A DNA stretch of 39,474 nucleotides from Octopus bimaculoides (GCF_001194135.2 NC_068981.1:1890016-1929489), one strand, 5' to 3'. Positions 9,257-22,267 are shown, counted from the first letter of the stretch. The notes: a model not told the origin generated them from the sequence alone. Numbers and translations: made by a program.

Positions 9257-12200
9257 TACAACCATATGAGATGATTTCTCGAGGTGAATACTTGCTTCAA
9301 GGTTTTGAACAGTATATCTACAATAAGTATAACATCGAACATATTATTGCATGTGTATATATATATGTATATGTGTGTCTATTTGTGTATGTATGTCTGT
9401 GAGTGTGTATACATAAATATACATACATACATACACATATGTTATATTATATTATATCATATATTAATTGCTAGCGAGGGCACAGTATTTCGTTTTGCTT
9501 GCAACCATAATATACTACCAAGTATATGAAAGGTTTGTAAGTCAATATTGTGTCTCACCTTGTGTTAGCAGTGCAATGTTGTCACTTTTAAGCCTATCCC
9601 CACAGATGTTTTATTGAGATTAACTTATATATATAGTAAATTCAAATAAACGAACGATTCATATAAACGAATAAAAAAAACGAACGTGAGGAGGTGCACA
9701 AACAATGTATTAGCTTCACGCTTGGTGAAAGGAGAGAGTTTGATGTTTCGAGCATAGCTCTTCGTTGGAAAGGGGAAAGGGAAGAGTCCAAAGATAGAAC
9801 AAAAATCGCCAACGATTACCAATATCACATAATTAACGTACGTTTGTTGTTTAAACGCCAGAATCTGTAGTTCATTGTCTGGATAAAATCCCTTTAAAAA
9901 TATATAATGTTAAAAAACACAATGTACTTCAGAATTAGGGAAAACGAAATTGCCCCGGGATTGATCTGGAGAGCAGTAGACATGTATTTCGCAGTAACTG
10001 CAGCTTAGCAGCATCGCACACTTGAGTCACTTCCGAAACGAAATCGAAATCGCTAGCCTGAAGTATAAACAGATTGTGTCAAAACTGATTTTCAATGGCG
10101 CTGAACAAGCAGAATAAATTCAGATTATACAATACAAGTAGTTCCATAATATAAACATTATCGATACCACATACTTAACCTAGGTGTGTTGTTTAAACGC
10201 CAGAAGCTGCAGTTTATCTCTCTATCTATTTAATTAGTTATCCATCAACCTATCTGCCTATTGCTATTCATACGTGCAAACATATTTAAGTAATTAAACT
10301 ATGATCTGTCAGTGCAATTTATGCTTCTTTGCATTTTGCTGTTGATATGCGTTGCTCTTAAGGATCGTTTAAGCCGATTAAGTGTCTACGTGAAAGATTC
10401 TTCCACTGGACTTACCACAATGTTATGTATTGAAGTTTAAAAGCCTATTATCAATTGACTTCTTAATTACCGTGGATATACATATATATATTTACTCATG
10501 TTTTATACATCATCCCTTTCTATATATGGATACATTCATACATTCACGCACACACACACACACATATTTATTTACAAAATATCCTTCTTCCTACTAATAT
10601 GGTATGAAAACTTCTTATGACTTCTCATATAGCATGAAATTGTTACATAATCACTAACTTAGTCAAGATTAACACAAGAGAAACCGGTCGACTGTATAAA
10701 TATTATTTCATTTATATATACATATATATATATATATANNNNNNNNNNNNNNNNNNNNNNNNNNNNNNNNNNNNNNNNNNNNNNNNNNNNNNNNNNNNNN
10801 NNNNNNNNNNNNNNNNNNNNNNNNNNNNNNNNNNNNNNNNNNNNNNNNNNNNNNNNNNNNNNNNNNNNNNNNNNNNNNNNNNNNNNNNNNNNNNNNNNNN
10901 NNNNNNNNNNNNNNNNNNNNNNNNNNNNNNNNNNNNNNNNNNNNNNNNNNNNNNNNNNNNNNNNNNNNNNNNNNNNNNNNNNNNNNNNNNNNNNNNNNNN
11001 NNNNNNNNNNNNNNNNNNNNNNNNNNNNNNNNNNNNNNNNNNNNNNNNNNNNNNNNNNNNNNNNNNNNNNNNNNNNNNNNNNNNNNNNNNNNNNNNNNNN
11101 NNNNNNNNNNNNNNNNNNNNNNNNNNNNNNNNNNNNNNNNNNNNNNNNNNNNNNNNNNNNNNNNNNNNNNNNNNNNNNNNNNNNNNNNNNNNNNNNNNNN
11201 NNNNNNNNNNNNNNNNNNNNNNNNNNNNNNNNNNNNNNNNNNNNNNNNNNNNNNNNNNNNNNNNNNNNNNNNNNNNNNNNNNNNNNNNNNNNNNNNNNNN
11301 NNNNNNNNNNNNNNNCGCACACATTTGACTAAAAAACAATCAAGATTGAAAGCTAGTGAGGATACTCTTTAGTTTAAAAATAGATCTATTTAGGTTCCAA
11401 GTATCAACATCTCTTTTTGTGTTTCTATTATACTTAGAGGAATGATATAAACCCAGCAAGTTAGCTTCTACAAAAAAAAATTTATAATTCACTTGAAGCA
11501 TTGGGTTATATGACTGTTCTGTTACATTTTTGTAATGCTAATGAACGAGAGTTAAATTTTTTCTTTTAATACCTTCTCTAACCATCTGATCATTCTCTAA
11601 CAGTTAACCACCGATCTGGAGTACTTTACCCGAAATATTAGTAACCAATAAATATTTCCAAGATTACATTATGATCGCCGTGTTGTTATTGAAACTTTAA
11701 TAGTTATCGATATGCATATGAATTGTAGTAGCATGCCGAAACGACCTCATTGTCAGATTCTGATCTCACCGAAATTTTCTAGTTATTTTCATATGGAGAG
11801 ATTGCTGCCAACGCAGACGATCATAAAGGCCCTGTAGTTTCTTGATTGTACCTTTAGATATAAACATATTACAACGTCACACAGTTATATTTATCTAGGT
11901 ATAATGCCTCTAGTTCTTATTGACATAATAAACAGATACTAGAAAGGGTTATATATGTATATGCAGAAAATGAGCGGAGATAGCGGTGGGGAGAATTTAT
12001 ATGTGCGGGAGAGAGAGAAAGAGACGGACAAACATAGAGTGAGTGAGAGAGAGAGAGAGAGATTTCCGAGCTAATATGGCGGATACTATCAATATTGTGA
12101 GAATAACGTAGAAAACAGTCCGAAATAAGTGCTGCGCAGTATATTGTGCCAATATACTACACAGAAAATTAATTGCATAGTTCTTACGCTTCGTTTAGCC

Positions 12201-12317
12201 GTATGATTAATATATAAACCCTATTAACGCGTTTTACGTAAGCAGATGGAGCAGAACAAAGCTTTCGAATGATACCAATGAGGTATGAAATGATTTTGAC
12301 AAATGTCACAGGCCTTT

Positions 12318-12374
<57 letters not shown>

Positions 12375-13517
12375 GAATAAATGCATTCCTACATATGTGC
12401 GTACATAGATTCGTAAATAGAAACATGCACCCTGTGGATCAAACTTGTGTATAATTATATAAACTTATATTATTTTATTGTGTGTGTGTGCATATATGCG
12501 CATGTGTGCGTGTGTGTGTGTGCGTGTGCTGTGTNNNNNNNNNNNNNNNNNNNNNNNNNNNNNNNNNNNNNNNNNNNNNNNNNNNNNNNNNNNNNNNNNN
12601 NNNNNNNNNNNNNNNNNNNNNNNNNNNNNNNNNNNNNNNNNNNNNNNNNNNNNNNNNNNNNNNNNNNNNNNNNNNNNNNNNNNNNNNNNNNNNNNNNNNN
12701 NNNNNNNNNNNNNNNNNNNNNNNNNNNNNNNNNNNNNNNNNNNNNNNNNNNNNNNNNNNNNNNNNNNNNNNNNNNNNNNNNNNNNNNNNNNNNNNNNNNN
12801 NNNNNNNNNNNNNNNNNNNNNNNNNNNNNNNNNNNNNNNNNNNNNNNNNNNNNNNNNNNNNNNNNNNNNNNNNNNNNNNNNNNNNNNNNNNNNNNNNNNN
12901 NNNNNNNNNNNNNNNNNNNNNNNNNNNNNNNNNNNNNNNNNNNNNNNNNNNNNNNNNNNNNNNNNNNNNNNNNNNNNNNNNNNNNNNNNNNNNNNNNNNN
13001 NNNNNNNNNNNNNNNNNNNNNNNNNNNNNNNNNNNNNNNNNNNNNNNNNNNNNNNNNNNNNNNNNNNNNNNNNNNNNNNNNNNNNNNNNNNNNNNNNNNN
13101 NNNNNNNNNNNNNNNNNNNNNNNNNNNNNNNNNNNNNNNNNNNNNNNNNNNNNNNNNNNNNNNNNNNNNNNNNNNNNNNNNNNNNNNNNNNNNNNNNNNN
13201 NNNNNNNNNNNNNNNNNNNNNNNNNNNNNNNNNNNNNNNNNNNNNNNNNNNNNNNNNNNNNNNNNNNNNNNNNNNNNNNNNNNNNNNNNNNNNNNNNNNN
13301 NNNNNNNNNNNNNNNNNNNNNNNNNNNNNNNNNNNNNNNNNNNNNNNNNNNNNNNNNNNNNNNNNNNNNNNNNNNNNNNNNNNNNNNNNNNNNNNNNNNN
13401 NNNNNNNNNNNNNNNNNNNNNNNNNNNNNNNNNNNNNNNNNNNNNNNNNNNNNNNNNNNNNNNNNNNNNNNNNNNNNNNNNNNNNNNNNNNNNNNNNNNN
13501 NNNNNNNNNNNNNNNNN

Positions 13518-13597
<80 letters not shown>

Positions 13598-14654
13598 TGT
13601 ATGTATGTATGTATGTATGTATGTGTACATGTATATACATATACCATAGGAAATTAGAACATAAACTAGACAAGCAGCGTATAAAACAATCCCGCGATGT
13701 TTGCAGCTGAAGAAAATATTTCTTACACGGGAACCTAACAAACATTAATAAACATTAGTTGTTCAATGTAAAGACATACATCTGTATATAAAGAAAATAT
13801 TGAACCGAGTTAAATACCGGAACGAATCCTCACAACGCAATGTTTATGTAGATGATAAATGAATACCTAATTTACTCCGGCGGACCATTCTACTCCTGGA
13901 CGTCCATCTTCTGTAGAGTTTTGGAAAAAAATGGTTGCAGTAAAAGCCTGCTTATTTCTGTAAACATCAAGATTTTCTGGCATGAAGATCGCAGTGGCGT
14001 GAAACTCGAGTTACCAAAAAAATTCTCAGTTTGTTTTAATCAAAAGTGAAAAAAAACCCCATCCCTTACAGCATGTATTGAGTATTCCGCTCTCATTCGT
14101 CTGACATGAAGTAACGTTATATATANNNNNNNNNNNNNNNNNNNNNNNNNNNNNNNNNNNNNNNNNNNNNNNNNNNNNNNNNNNNNNNNNNNNNNNNNNN
14201 NNNNNNNNNNNNNNNNNNNNNNNNNNNNNNNNNNNNNNNNNNNNNNNNNNNNNNNNNNNNNNNNNNNNNNNNNNNNNNNNNNNNNNNNNNNNNNNNNNNN
14301 NNNNNNNNNNNNNNNNNNNNNNNNNNNNNNNNNNNNNNNNNNNNNNNNNNNTATATATATATATATATATATAACGATGGATAAGTGTCACTTCATTACA
14401 GCTGTTTCCAACGAACTTTTTAAATATATTAATGCGTACATTACATCATAGCAAAACAAAACACTTTCTTCAGATGATACATAACATTTCTAACAATATA
14501 AGAACACATGACCACAGTGGGAGGTCTAAATTGGTTAATTTGACCTAAACTGGTTAATTTGTCGCAACCTGTTGCCTATCATTTAAGTACCTGATTCACT
14601 CGAATCCTTAATAATGTGTGTGTGTGTATATATATATATATACACACACATGCC

Positions 14655-15252
14655 ATTACATGTTTCAGTCAGAGGTTCAGGATATGCTGGAGCACCGCCT
14701 TTCAGTATGATTAGGTTTTTTTTTCTCCTGGTGAAGTAGCAATGTTGGCCGATGTTGCACCTCGATGCTGCACCTCGATGTTGCACCTCTTTGCACCTCC
14801 TGCTGCAATGTGGCTTCATCTGGAACCGAATAAAAATTGGTCCAGACGCTCTTTGAAAACTTCCACATCTACACCTGGCAGATCTCAGGTTGTTTAGTAG
14901 AATGCTGAAAAGTTGTGCATCGCTGAAACCCGAGCTGTTACAGTACCAGGTCTTTATCCAAGATGGCATCGTTAGTATTATGCAGTGCCGTCAGTTCGGT
15001 GGATGGTATAGCTTTCAATTCCAATGTTGGGAGTTATACCGTCAAGGACCTCCCATATGTATATCACTACATATATTTCACGCCTCCTCTTTAGGGAGTA
15101 GAGCTTTTGTCCCTTTGGTCTCTCCCAGTAGCTCATTTGTTTCACCGAGTCAGTCTTCTTTGAGTTGTGGCACTGGATTGCCTCAAGTTCCGCCACCAAT
15201 TTGACGCTCTGCAGTGACTAGTATTGGGAATAGTAATCCAGACGACTAAGGA
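14655..15252 (-). mobile_element. CR1-like LINE, 3' end of ORF2 plus 3' UTR/tail, 5'-truncated
   Basis: Minus strand reads LSRLDYYSQY*SLQSVKLVAELEAIQCHNSKKTDSVKQMSYWERPKGQKLYSLKRRREIYVVIYIWEVLDGITPNIG, then in shifted frames WYCNSSGF...QLFSILLNNLR and VPDEATLQQEVQ. These are degenerate versions of the CR1 post-RT motifs LDYCSQLWSP and YWERLxxLxLYSLERRR. A 13-bp unit (gatgttgcacctc) is tandemly repeated at about 14751-14800. Confidence 0.85.
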
Positions 15253-15869
15253 TGCATACATTTATATGTATGTATGTATGCATGTATGTATGTATGTATG
15301 TATGTATACACGCACACGCACGCACACGCACATACATACATAAGGTTAGTAATTTTGTTTCTGGTCAGCCTTTTGCTACTCTGAAGATTCACCTGTGCTG
15401 CTCGCAAGATCATCGTCATGTATGACTCGTGCCTTGCCTGAACGCACAGACGAAATTTCAGACGAACAAAAGAAAGACTGAAACGACAAGAATAAAATTA
15501 TGGACAGACAGACAGATAGATCACCTACATACATACATACATACATACATACATACATAGACAGACAGACAGACANNNNNNNNNNNNNNNNNNNNNNNNN
15601 NNNNNNNNNNNNNNNNNNNNNNNNNNNNNNNNNNNNNNNNNNNNNNNNNNNNNNNNNNNNNNNNNNNNNNNNNNNACGAAGATGGGACAAATACAATGTA
15701 GAGCTTTTCTTTTTGGGAGTGGGAAAGAGAAAAAAAGAGAAAAAAAAGGGAGGGGGTCGACCAAAAGGGATCGTAGGAAGGAAAAGGGGGTAGTTCGATC
15801 AAAAGGGATCAAGAAAAGAAAAAAAAGGGCGATCAATAGGGATCGTGTATCATAGATAGATATATATAT

Positions 15870-15938
<69 letters not shown>

Positions 15939-15945
15939 GATACAC

Positions 15946-16050
15946 TTTCTGTCTACCAAGCTTACCAAATTCACTCCCAAGGCACTGGTCTTCTCATGGC
16001 TACAGTAGAAGACAACTTGCCCAAGATGTCGTGCATTAGCTGCAAGCCAA
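15946..16050 (-). mobile_element. Family A SINE fragment (CORE-like region), diverged
   Basis: ggctacagtagaagacaacttgcccaag and ctaccaagcttaccaaattcactc are reverse complements of family A sequence. Abuts (GATA)n(GACA)n where family A carries its internal microsatellite. Confidence 0.7.
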
Positions 16051-16433
16051 TCCTCTGAACCAAACAACTGTATCTGCGCCACGAAAACAAAAAAACAAAA
16101 GTGGTTTTGTTCAGTGCACAGGAAGGTTGATCTTTACAAAAGCTGCGGGCCATCTTCATTGGCTAAACAAAAGATGACGAAAACAAACATGTCACGTGGT
16201 TTACTGTGAAGTACGTTTGATGCATCCCCTTTTCAGGGGTCAGTAATTCTGCAACGTATTAATTGACAGAGGGGGTTTTGTGTCTGGCCTGAAGCCACTG
16301 ACCCTTTATTGGAATAGGGATTTTCCTTTTCTGTCTTTTCTCCGCCCCTACCCTATCCGTACCCTACCCGCGGCCACCGCCATCACCGACAATAATAAAT
16401 AGAAGAGACAGAAATATATACATTGCGTGTCAC

Positions 16434-16489
16434 CATCATCATAACTACCACCACCATCACCACCGCTGCTGCTACTACTACTACTACTA

Positions 16490-16560
<71 letters not shown>

Positions 16561-16732
16561 ACTACTTCTACTACTATAATTACGACTACAGCAATAACTA
16601 CAGCTACTACTACTGTTACTGCTGCTGCTACAATTAGTATTATCACTGTTGCTGTTACTACTACTACTACTACTACTACTACATCTACTACGACTATTAC
16701 TGCTACTGCTACAACTGCTATTACTACTGTTG

Positions 16733-16783
<51 letters not shown>

Positions 16784-16784
16784 T

Positions 16785-16817
<33 letters not shown>

Positions 16818-16818
16818 C
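16434..16818. repeat. Long compound (CTA)n/(CTG)n trinucleotide repeat
   Basis: Direct inspection; source of the poly-T/S/L/V ORFs. Confidence 0.95.
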
Positions 16819-16859
16819 GGAATTCATTCCCAGATCTTTCAACAGAGACTTAGGCTCAA

Positions 16860-17697
16860 TTCAGAGTGAAGCCGCTTGGCACAGATTGACCTCCGACTCT
16901 GTCGTGCATGCGCAATAAGTTTTGACATTCTAGATCACTTCCGCTATTTACAGCAGTGCTTGGAAGGAACGTATGTAGCGTGTGATTGTCACATTGACCA
17001 TGAGAGAGAAAGTTGTCATGGTGATACCTGCTCAGAGGCCGACGCAAAGTTGACGAAAGTGTATGGAGAGGAGTGTCTAAGCCGCAGAGAAGTGAACGAG
17101 TGGTTCAGACGTTTCCAAGATGGCCGAAAGAATGTCGATATTGACGAACGTTCTGGGAGACCCGCAACCAGCAGAACTGAGAAAAACATCGCAGATGCGC
17201 GTGCAGCTGTGAGGGGAAATCGTCGAATCACCATCCGTGGATTATCAGAGGTTATGCGGATTAGTAACTGTTCAGTTCAGTCCATTATCACTGAAGATTT
17301 GGGTATGAGACACGTGTCTTCTAAGTTTGTGCCAAAACTGCTTTCAGCTGACCAAAAAGACACTTGGGTTTCAGTTTCACAAGATCTCGATTGTGTTGAG
17401 CAAGATGAAAACTGTTTGAAAAGTTTGCGTAGGCCTCTATGCGAGTATCGCCAAGCTTTTGGCAAAATTTGACGCAGATTCTCTGCTCAACTTTCTCTGT
17501 CATGGTCAATGCGACGATCACACCCTACACACCTTCCTTCCAAGCACTGCTGTAAACAGCGAAAGTGAGCTAGAACGTTAAAACTTAGTGCGCATGTACA
17601 GCAGAGTTCAAGGTCAATGCGTACCAAGTGGCTTTCCACTTTGTGCTTTAGTTTCGTTACTATGGCAACAGTGCGGGTACTTATTGATCAGACCACG
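16860..17697. mobile_element. Palindromic mariner derivative: two 5' ends in inverted orientation, left TIR lost
   Basis: Plus strand: ATG at 17000, then GDTCSEADAKLTKVYGEECLSRREVNEWFRRFQDGRKNVDIDERSGRPATSRT...MRHVSSKFVPKLLSADQK...DENCLKS (HTH region of a mariner transposase). Minus strand from 17697: TIR-like cgtggtctgatcaataagtacccgcact (TA at 17698-17699), 5' UTR, and ATG at 17503 giving MTEKVEQRICVKFCQKLGDT. The UTR arms 16864-17060 and 17415-17625 are inverted homologues. Confidence 0.85.
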
Positions 17698-17896
17698 TAT
17701 GTTTTGATATTCAGCTAACTTAAGTCACCATTCGTCAAAGACTGCTTTCTATCGTTTTTATCTATGAATCACATATTCCTCCACTCCACCGTTCTGTCAT
17801 GTTTGAATTTTTGTCTATTCACCATTCTTCTCGATGTTAGGCATGTCTCTTCTCTCAAAATTGCTGGCCTTCTGCTAGAATTTAAAATAACTGCTC

Positions 17897-17941
<45 letters not shown>

Positions 17942-18984
17942 TTAGTGTGATTGTTGTTTCTGTTGGTGTTGTATTTGCTGTTGATGTTGTTGTTGTTGTT
18001 GTTATCGACTGATTCTGAAGACCACTCAAACCATTCTATTGACTTGATATTCTCCATCAAGATTTCTTCCGTTTTTTTTTGTTTTGTTGGTTTTATTTTT
18101 TATTTTTATTTTTTTGCTTTTTTCCTCATCGTTTCTCTTGGAAAAGTCTCCTTCTGGAACAAAAAAATTATCAAGAATTACAACAACAACAGTAAACAGT
18201 TAGAAGACAACCAAATATACAAAACAAATATTTTTTAAAAAACTAAACAGAAAACCTCTCTAAATATGAAGGAAAGAATTGTATATTGTCAACTGTTCCT
18301 GTTTATCATTGGTGGTGGTCATGAGATGATGGGGTGTCAGATCTTTAATATTGATGAGTGGTGAAATTAAGGATCAATATGGTTGTCTGAATGTGTGTGT
18401 GTATGTGTGTGTACATGATTTTTATTGCAGTCAATACTTTATCATCATTTTGTTTACGCCTCAATACAATATATATATTGTATATATATATATATATATA
18501 CATACATACATGCATACACACATACACACACATACATACATACTTTAATATCATCCGGGTAATAACCTTATAACGTGCTATTCAAAGCTCCTCAACGGTT
18601 ATCGGCTACCATATGCAATCACACAGCAAGAGGAATACTTCTTTTACTAGATATACATGTGAAAATAAGTAAATATATATATATATNNNNNNNNNNATGT
18701 ATGTATGTATGTATGTATGTATGTATATGTATATACATAAATATATACATACATACATTCATACGTATTACACGCACGCACACATGTAAAATACATAATC
18801 ATTTCTTATCCACATAACATGCGTATGCTTACATATGTGTGTGTGTGTGTATATATATATATACACACATACACACACTCATATGTTTGTGTGTATATAT
18901 ATGTATGTAAAATACTATACCCACACATACATACACATGTCTTCCTTTCGGTAAAAACTCAACAAGTCTTTCTCGTCTTTTCTT

Positions 18985-19120
18985 TCTCTCAATCCGTCTC
19001 ATTTCCCTCTCACCTCTCTTTCTCTCCCTTTCTTCTCCTTTCTCTCTCTCTTTCTCTCTATCTCTCTCTCTCTATCTATCTCTCTCTCTCTCACTCTCTC
19101 TCTCTCTCTCNNNNNNNNNN

Positions 19121-19162
<42 letters not shown>

Positions 19163-19440
19163 TCCTCTTTTCCCATCATTTCCTCTCAGATATTTTTTTC
19201 TTGTCAAACACATTATTTTCACCTATGTTTTCCTCTTTCTTTCATACGCATTCTCTCTCTCTCTCTGTCTTTCCAATTACCTCTCTATTTCTCTTCTTCT
19301 TCTTCTTCTTCTTCTTCTTCTTCTTCTTCTCCTCCTCCTCCTCCTCCTCCTCCTCCTCTTCCTCCCCTCCGCTTCCATCATCATTATCATCATCATAATC
19401 GTAATCATCATCATAATCATTATCACCTTCTTTTCCTCTC
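18985..19440. repeat. Pyrimidine-rich (CT)n/(CTT)n/(CCT)n/(ATC)n compound repeat
   Basis: Direct inspection. Confidence 0.9.
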
Positions 19441-20293
19441 CTTCNNNNNNNNNNNNNNNNNNNNNNNNNNNNNNNNNNNNNNNNNNNNNNNNNNNNNNNN
19501 NNNNNNNNNNNNNNNNNNNNNNNNNNNNNNNNNNNNNNNNNNNNNNNNNNNNNNNNNNNNNNNNNNNNNNNNNNNNNNNNNNNNNNNNNNNNNNNNNNNN
19601 NNNNNNNNNNNNNNNNNNNNNNNNNNNNNNNNNNNNNNNNNNNNNNNNNNNNNNNNNNNNNNNNNNNNNNNNNNNNNNNNNNNNNNNNNNNNNNNNNNNN
19701 NNNNNNNNNNNNNNNNNNNNNNNNNNNNNNNNNNNNNNNNNNNNNNNNNNNNNNNNNNNNNNNNNNNNNNNNNNNNNNNNNNNNNNNNNNNNNNNNNNNN
19801 NNNNNNNNNNNNNNNNNNNNNNNNNNNNNNNNNNNNNNNNNNNNNNNNNNNNNNNNNNNNNNNNNNNNNNNNNNNNNNNNNNNNNNNNNNNNNNNNNNNN
19901 NNNNNNNNNNNNNNNNNNNNNNNNNNNNNNNNNNNNNNNNNNNNNNNNNNNNNNNNNNNNNNNNNNNNNNNNNNNNNNNNNNNNNNNNNNNNNNNNNNNN
20001 NNNNNNNNNNNNNNNNNNNNNNNNNNNNNNNNNNNNNNNNNNNNNNNNNNNNNNNNNNNNNNNNNNNNNNNNNNNNNNNNNNNNNNNNNNNNNNNNNNNN
20101 NNNNNNNNNNNNNNNNNNNNNNNNNNNNNNNNNNNNNNNNNNNNNNNNNNNNNNNNNNNNNNNNNNNNNNNNNNNNNNNNNNNNNNNNNNNNNNNNNNNN
20201 NNNNNNNNNNNNNNNNNNNNNNNNNNNNNNNNNNNNNNNNNNNNNNNNNNNNNNNNNAATTAATAAATTGATAAACCTTTACCCTTTTAATTG

Positions 20294-20370
<77 letters not shown>

Positions 20371-20374
20371 TATT

Positions 20375-20412
<38 letters not shown>

Positions 20413-20737
20413 GTATATAGTGTGTGTATATACACACACACACACACACATACATATATATACATATATACTGTGGGAGTGTTTGTGGTGAATAAGGGGT
20501 GGATGGGTGTTTGTAATGGAGGGCGTATATAGTGAGGCGATGGTGTGGTAGCTAAGTGTATATAACAGGGTGGTAGTGGGTGTAAGTGGGTGTGTACGGA
20601 GGGATGTAATACCGGGGCAGGTGGAGACAGGGGTAGAGGGAAAGGGGGCAGAGGGAGGGGTGGGGTGAGAATGTGAAAAAAGCACTGGGGTGTGATGGGG
20701 TGGGGGCGGCGGCGGAGGCGACAGTAGTGGTAGTGGC

Positions 20738-21250
20738 GGTGGCGGTGGTGGTGGTGACGGCAGTGGTGGTGGAATTGGCGTTAGGAAAGGTTGTGGGAGA
20801 TGACGGGAGCAGAAAAAAAAAGAAGAAAAACAATTAAAAAAGAAAGGTTGTGTGGTAGTGAGCAATTGAAAAGGAGCGGATATATAGAGTTGGAGTGTTT
20901 GCCGTGCAGGGGTATAAGCTACTGTGGTAGTGTGGTGTGCGACGTGAGGGGGGGNNNNNNNNNNNNNNNNNNNNNNNNNNNNNNNNNNNNNNNNNNNNNN
21001 NNNNNNNNNNNNNNNNNNNNNNNNNNNNNNNNNNNNNNNNNNNNNNNNNNNNNNNNNNNNNNNNNNNNNNNNNNNNNNNNNNNNNNNNNNNNNNNNNNNN
21101 NNNNNNNNNNNNNNNNNNNNNNNNNNNNNNNNNNNNNNNNNNNNNNNNNNNNNNNNNNNNNNNNNNNNNNNNNNNNNNNNNNNNNNNNNNNNNNNNNNNN
21201 NNNNNNNNNNNNNNNTGATCGTCATCGTCGTAATATTTGCGGTAGCGATG

Positions 21251-21282
<32 letters not shown>

Positions 21283-21544
21283 CGTTGTCATCGTGCTGGT
21301 GATGGTTGTGCTCGTGGTGACGGTAGTGGTGGCGGTGGTGGTGGTGACGGCAGTGGTGGTGGAATTGGCGTTAGGAAAGGTTGTGGGAGATGACGGGAGC
21401 AGAAAAAAAAAGAAGAAAAACAATTAAAAAAGAAAGGTTGTGTGGTAGTGAGCAATTGAAAAGGAGCGGATATATAGAGTTGGAGTGTTTGCCGTGCAGG
21501 GGTATAAGCTACTGTGGTAGTGTGGTGTGCGACGTGAGGGGGGG
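20738..21544. other. 217-bp identical direct repeat (20738-20954 and 21328-21544) bracketing gap 20955-21215; probable assembly overlap artefact
   Basis: The two copies are identical by eye at an offset of 590 bp, and the first copy ends exactly at the N-run. Confidence 0.75.
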
Positions 21545-22217
21545 AGCACATAGTAAAATGACGTGGGGGTGGGGGCGATGCAAAGTGATTGAAGTGAAGA
21601 TGAAGAAAAAGAAAAATGGCTTTTTTTTTTCCCTATTTTTCCATCGACCATTATCGTCCTTTACTGACTAACCTTCTATTGACAAGGAAGTGTCGTGTCA
21701 ATAGTAATATGGCCTGGCCACCACTCCCGACAATATACGGGTCAACGTCTTTTGACCCCCACCCCACCCCGGTCCCCATTATGCCCTCCCTTGCTCCTCC
21801 TCTACTTCCTTGTCTTCCTCATCTTCCTCCTCTTTCTCCACCGACCTGATGTCTTGTGTCTTAATCGCCAAACATCGTTGCAATCACTTCTACAATCTCG
21901 ATATTTGCATGCACCGGCATACATACATTAAAAGCACACACACACACACCCTCACGCCTGTATTCACGTACATAGACACAGTGTGAGATGTGTGTGTGGG
22001 TGTGGATATGTAATGATTTATAAGACATATGTACATATATATATGTGTGTGTGTGTGTGTATATATATATACATACATATGTATACGGCTAGACATATGT
22101 AAATCGTGCTCACACATACACACACACCCACGTTTACACATACACGCACAAATATGCACACGTGTGTATACATTCTTATTTTCTAGTAAATGATGAAACA
22201 TGAATGTATATATATAT

Positions 22218-22267
<50 letters not shown>

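Noticed and set aside
16423-16869. Mucin-like Thr-rich ORF
   Set aside because: It is a translation of a (CTA)n microsatellite, and all frames give homopolymers.
20738-21544. 217-bp perfect duplication as a recent biological tandem duplication
   Set aside because: It is identical and ends exactly at a scaffold gap, typical of unmerged contig or haplotype overlap. Long reads would be needed to treat it as real.
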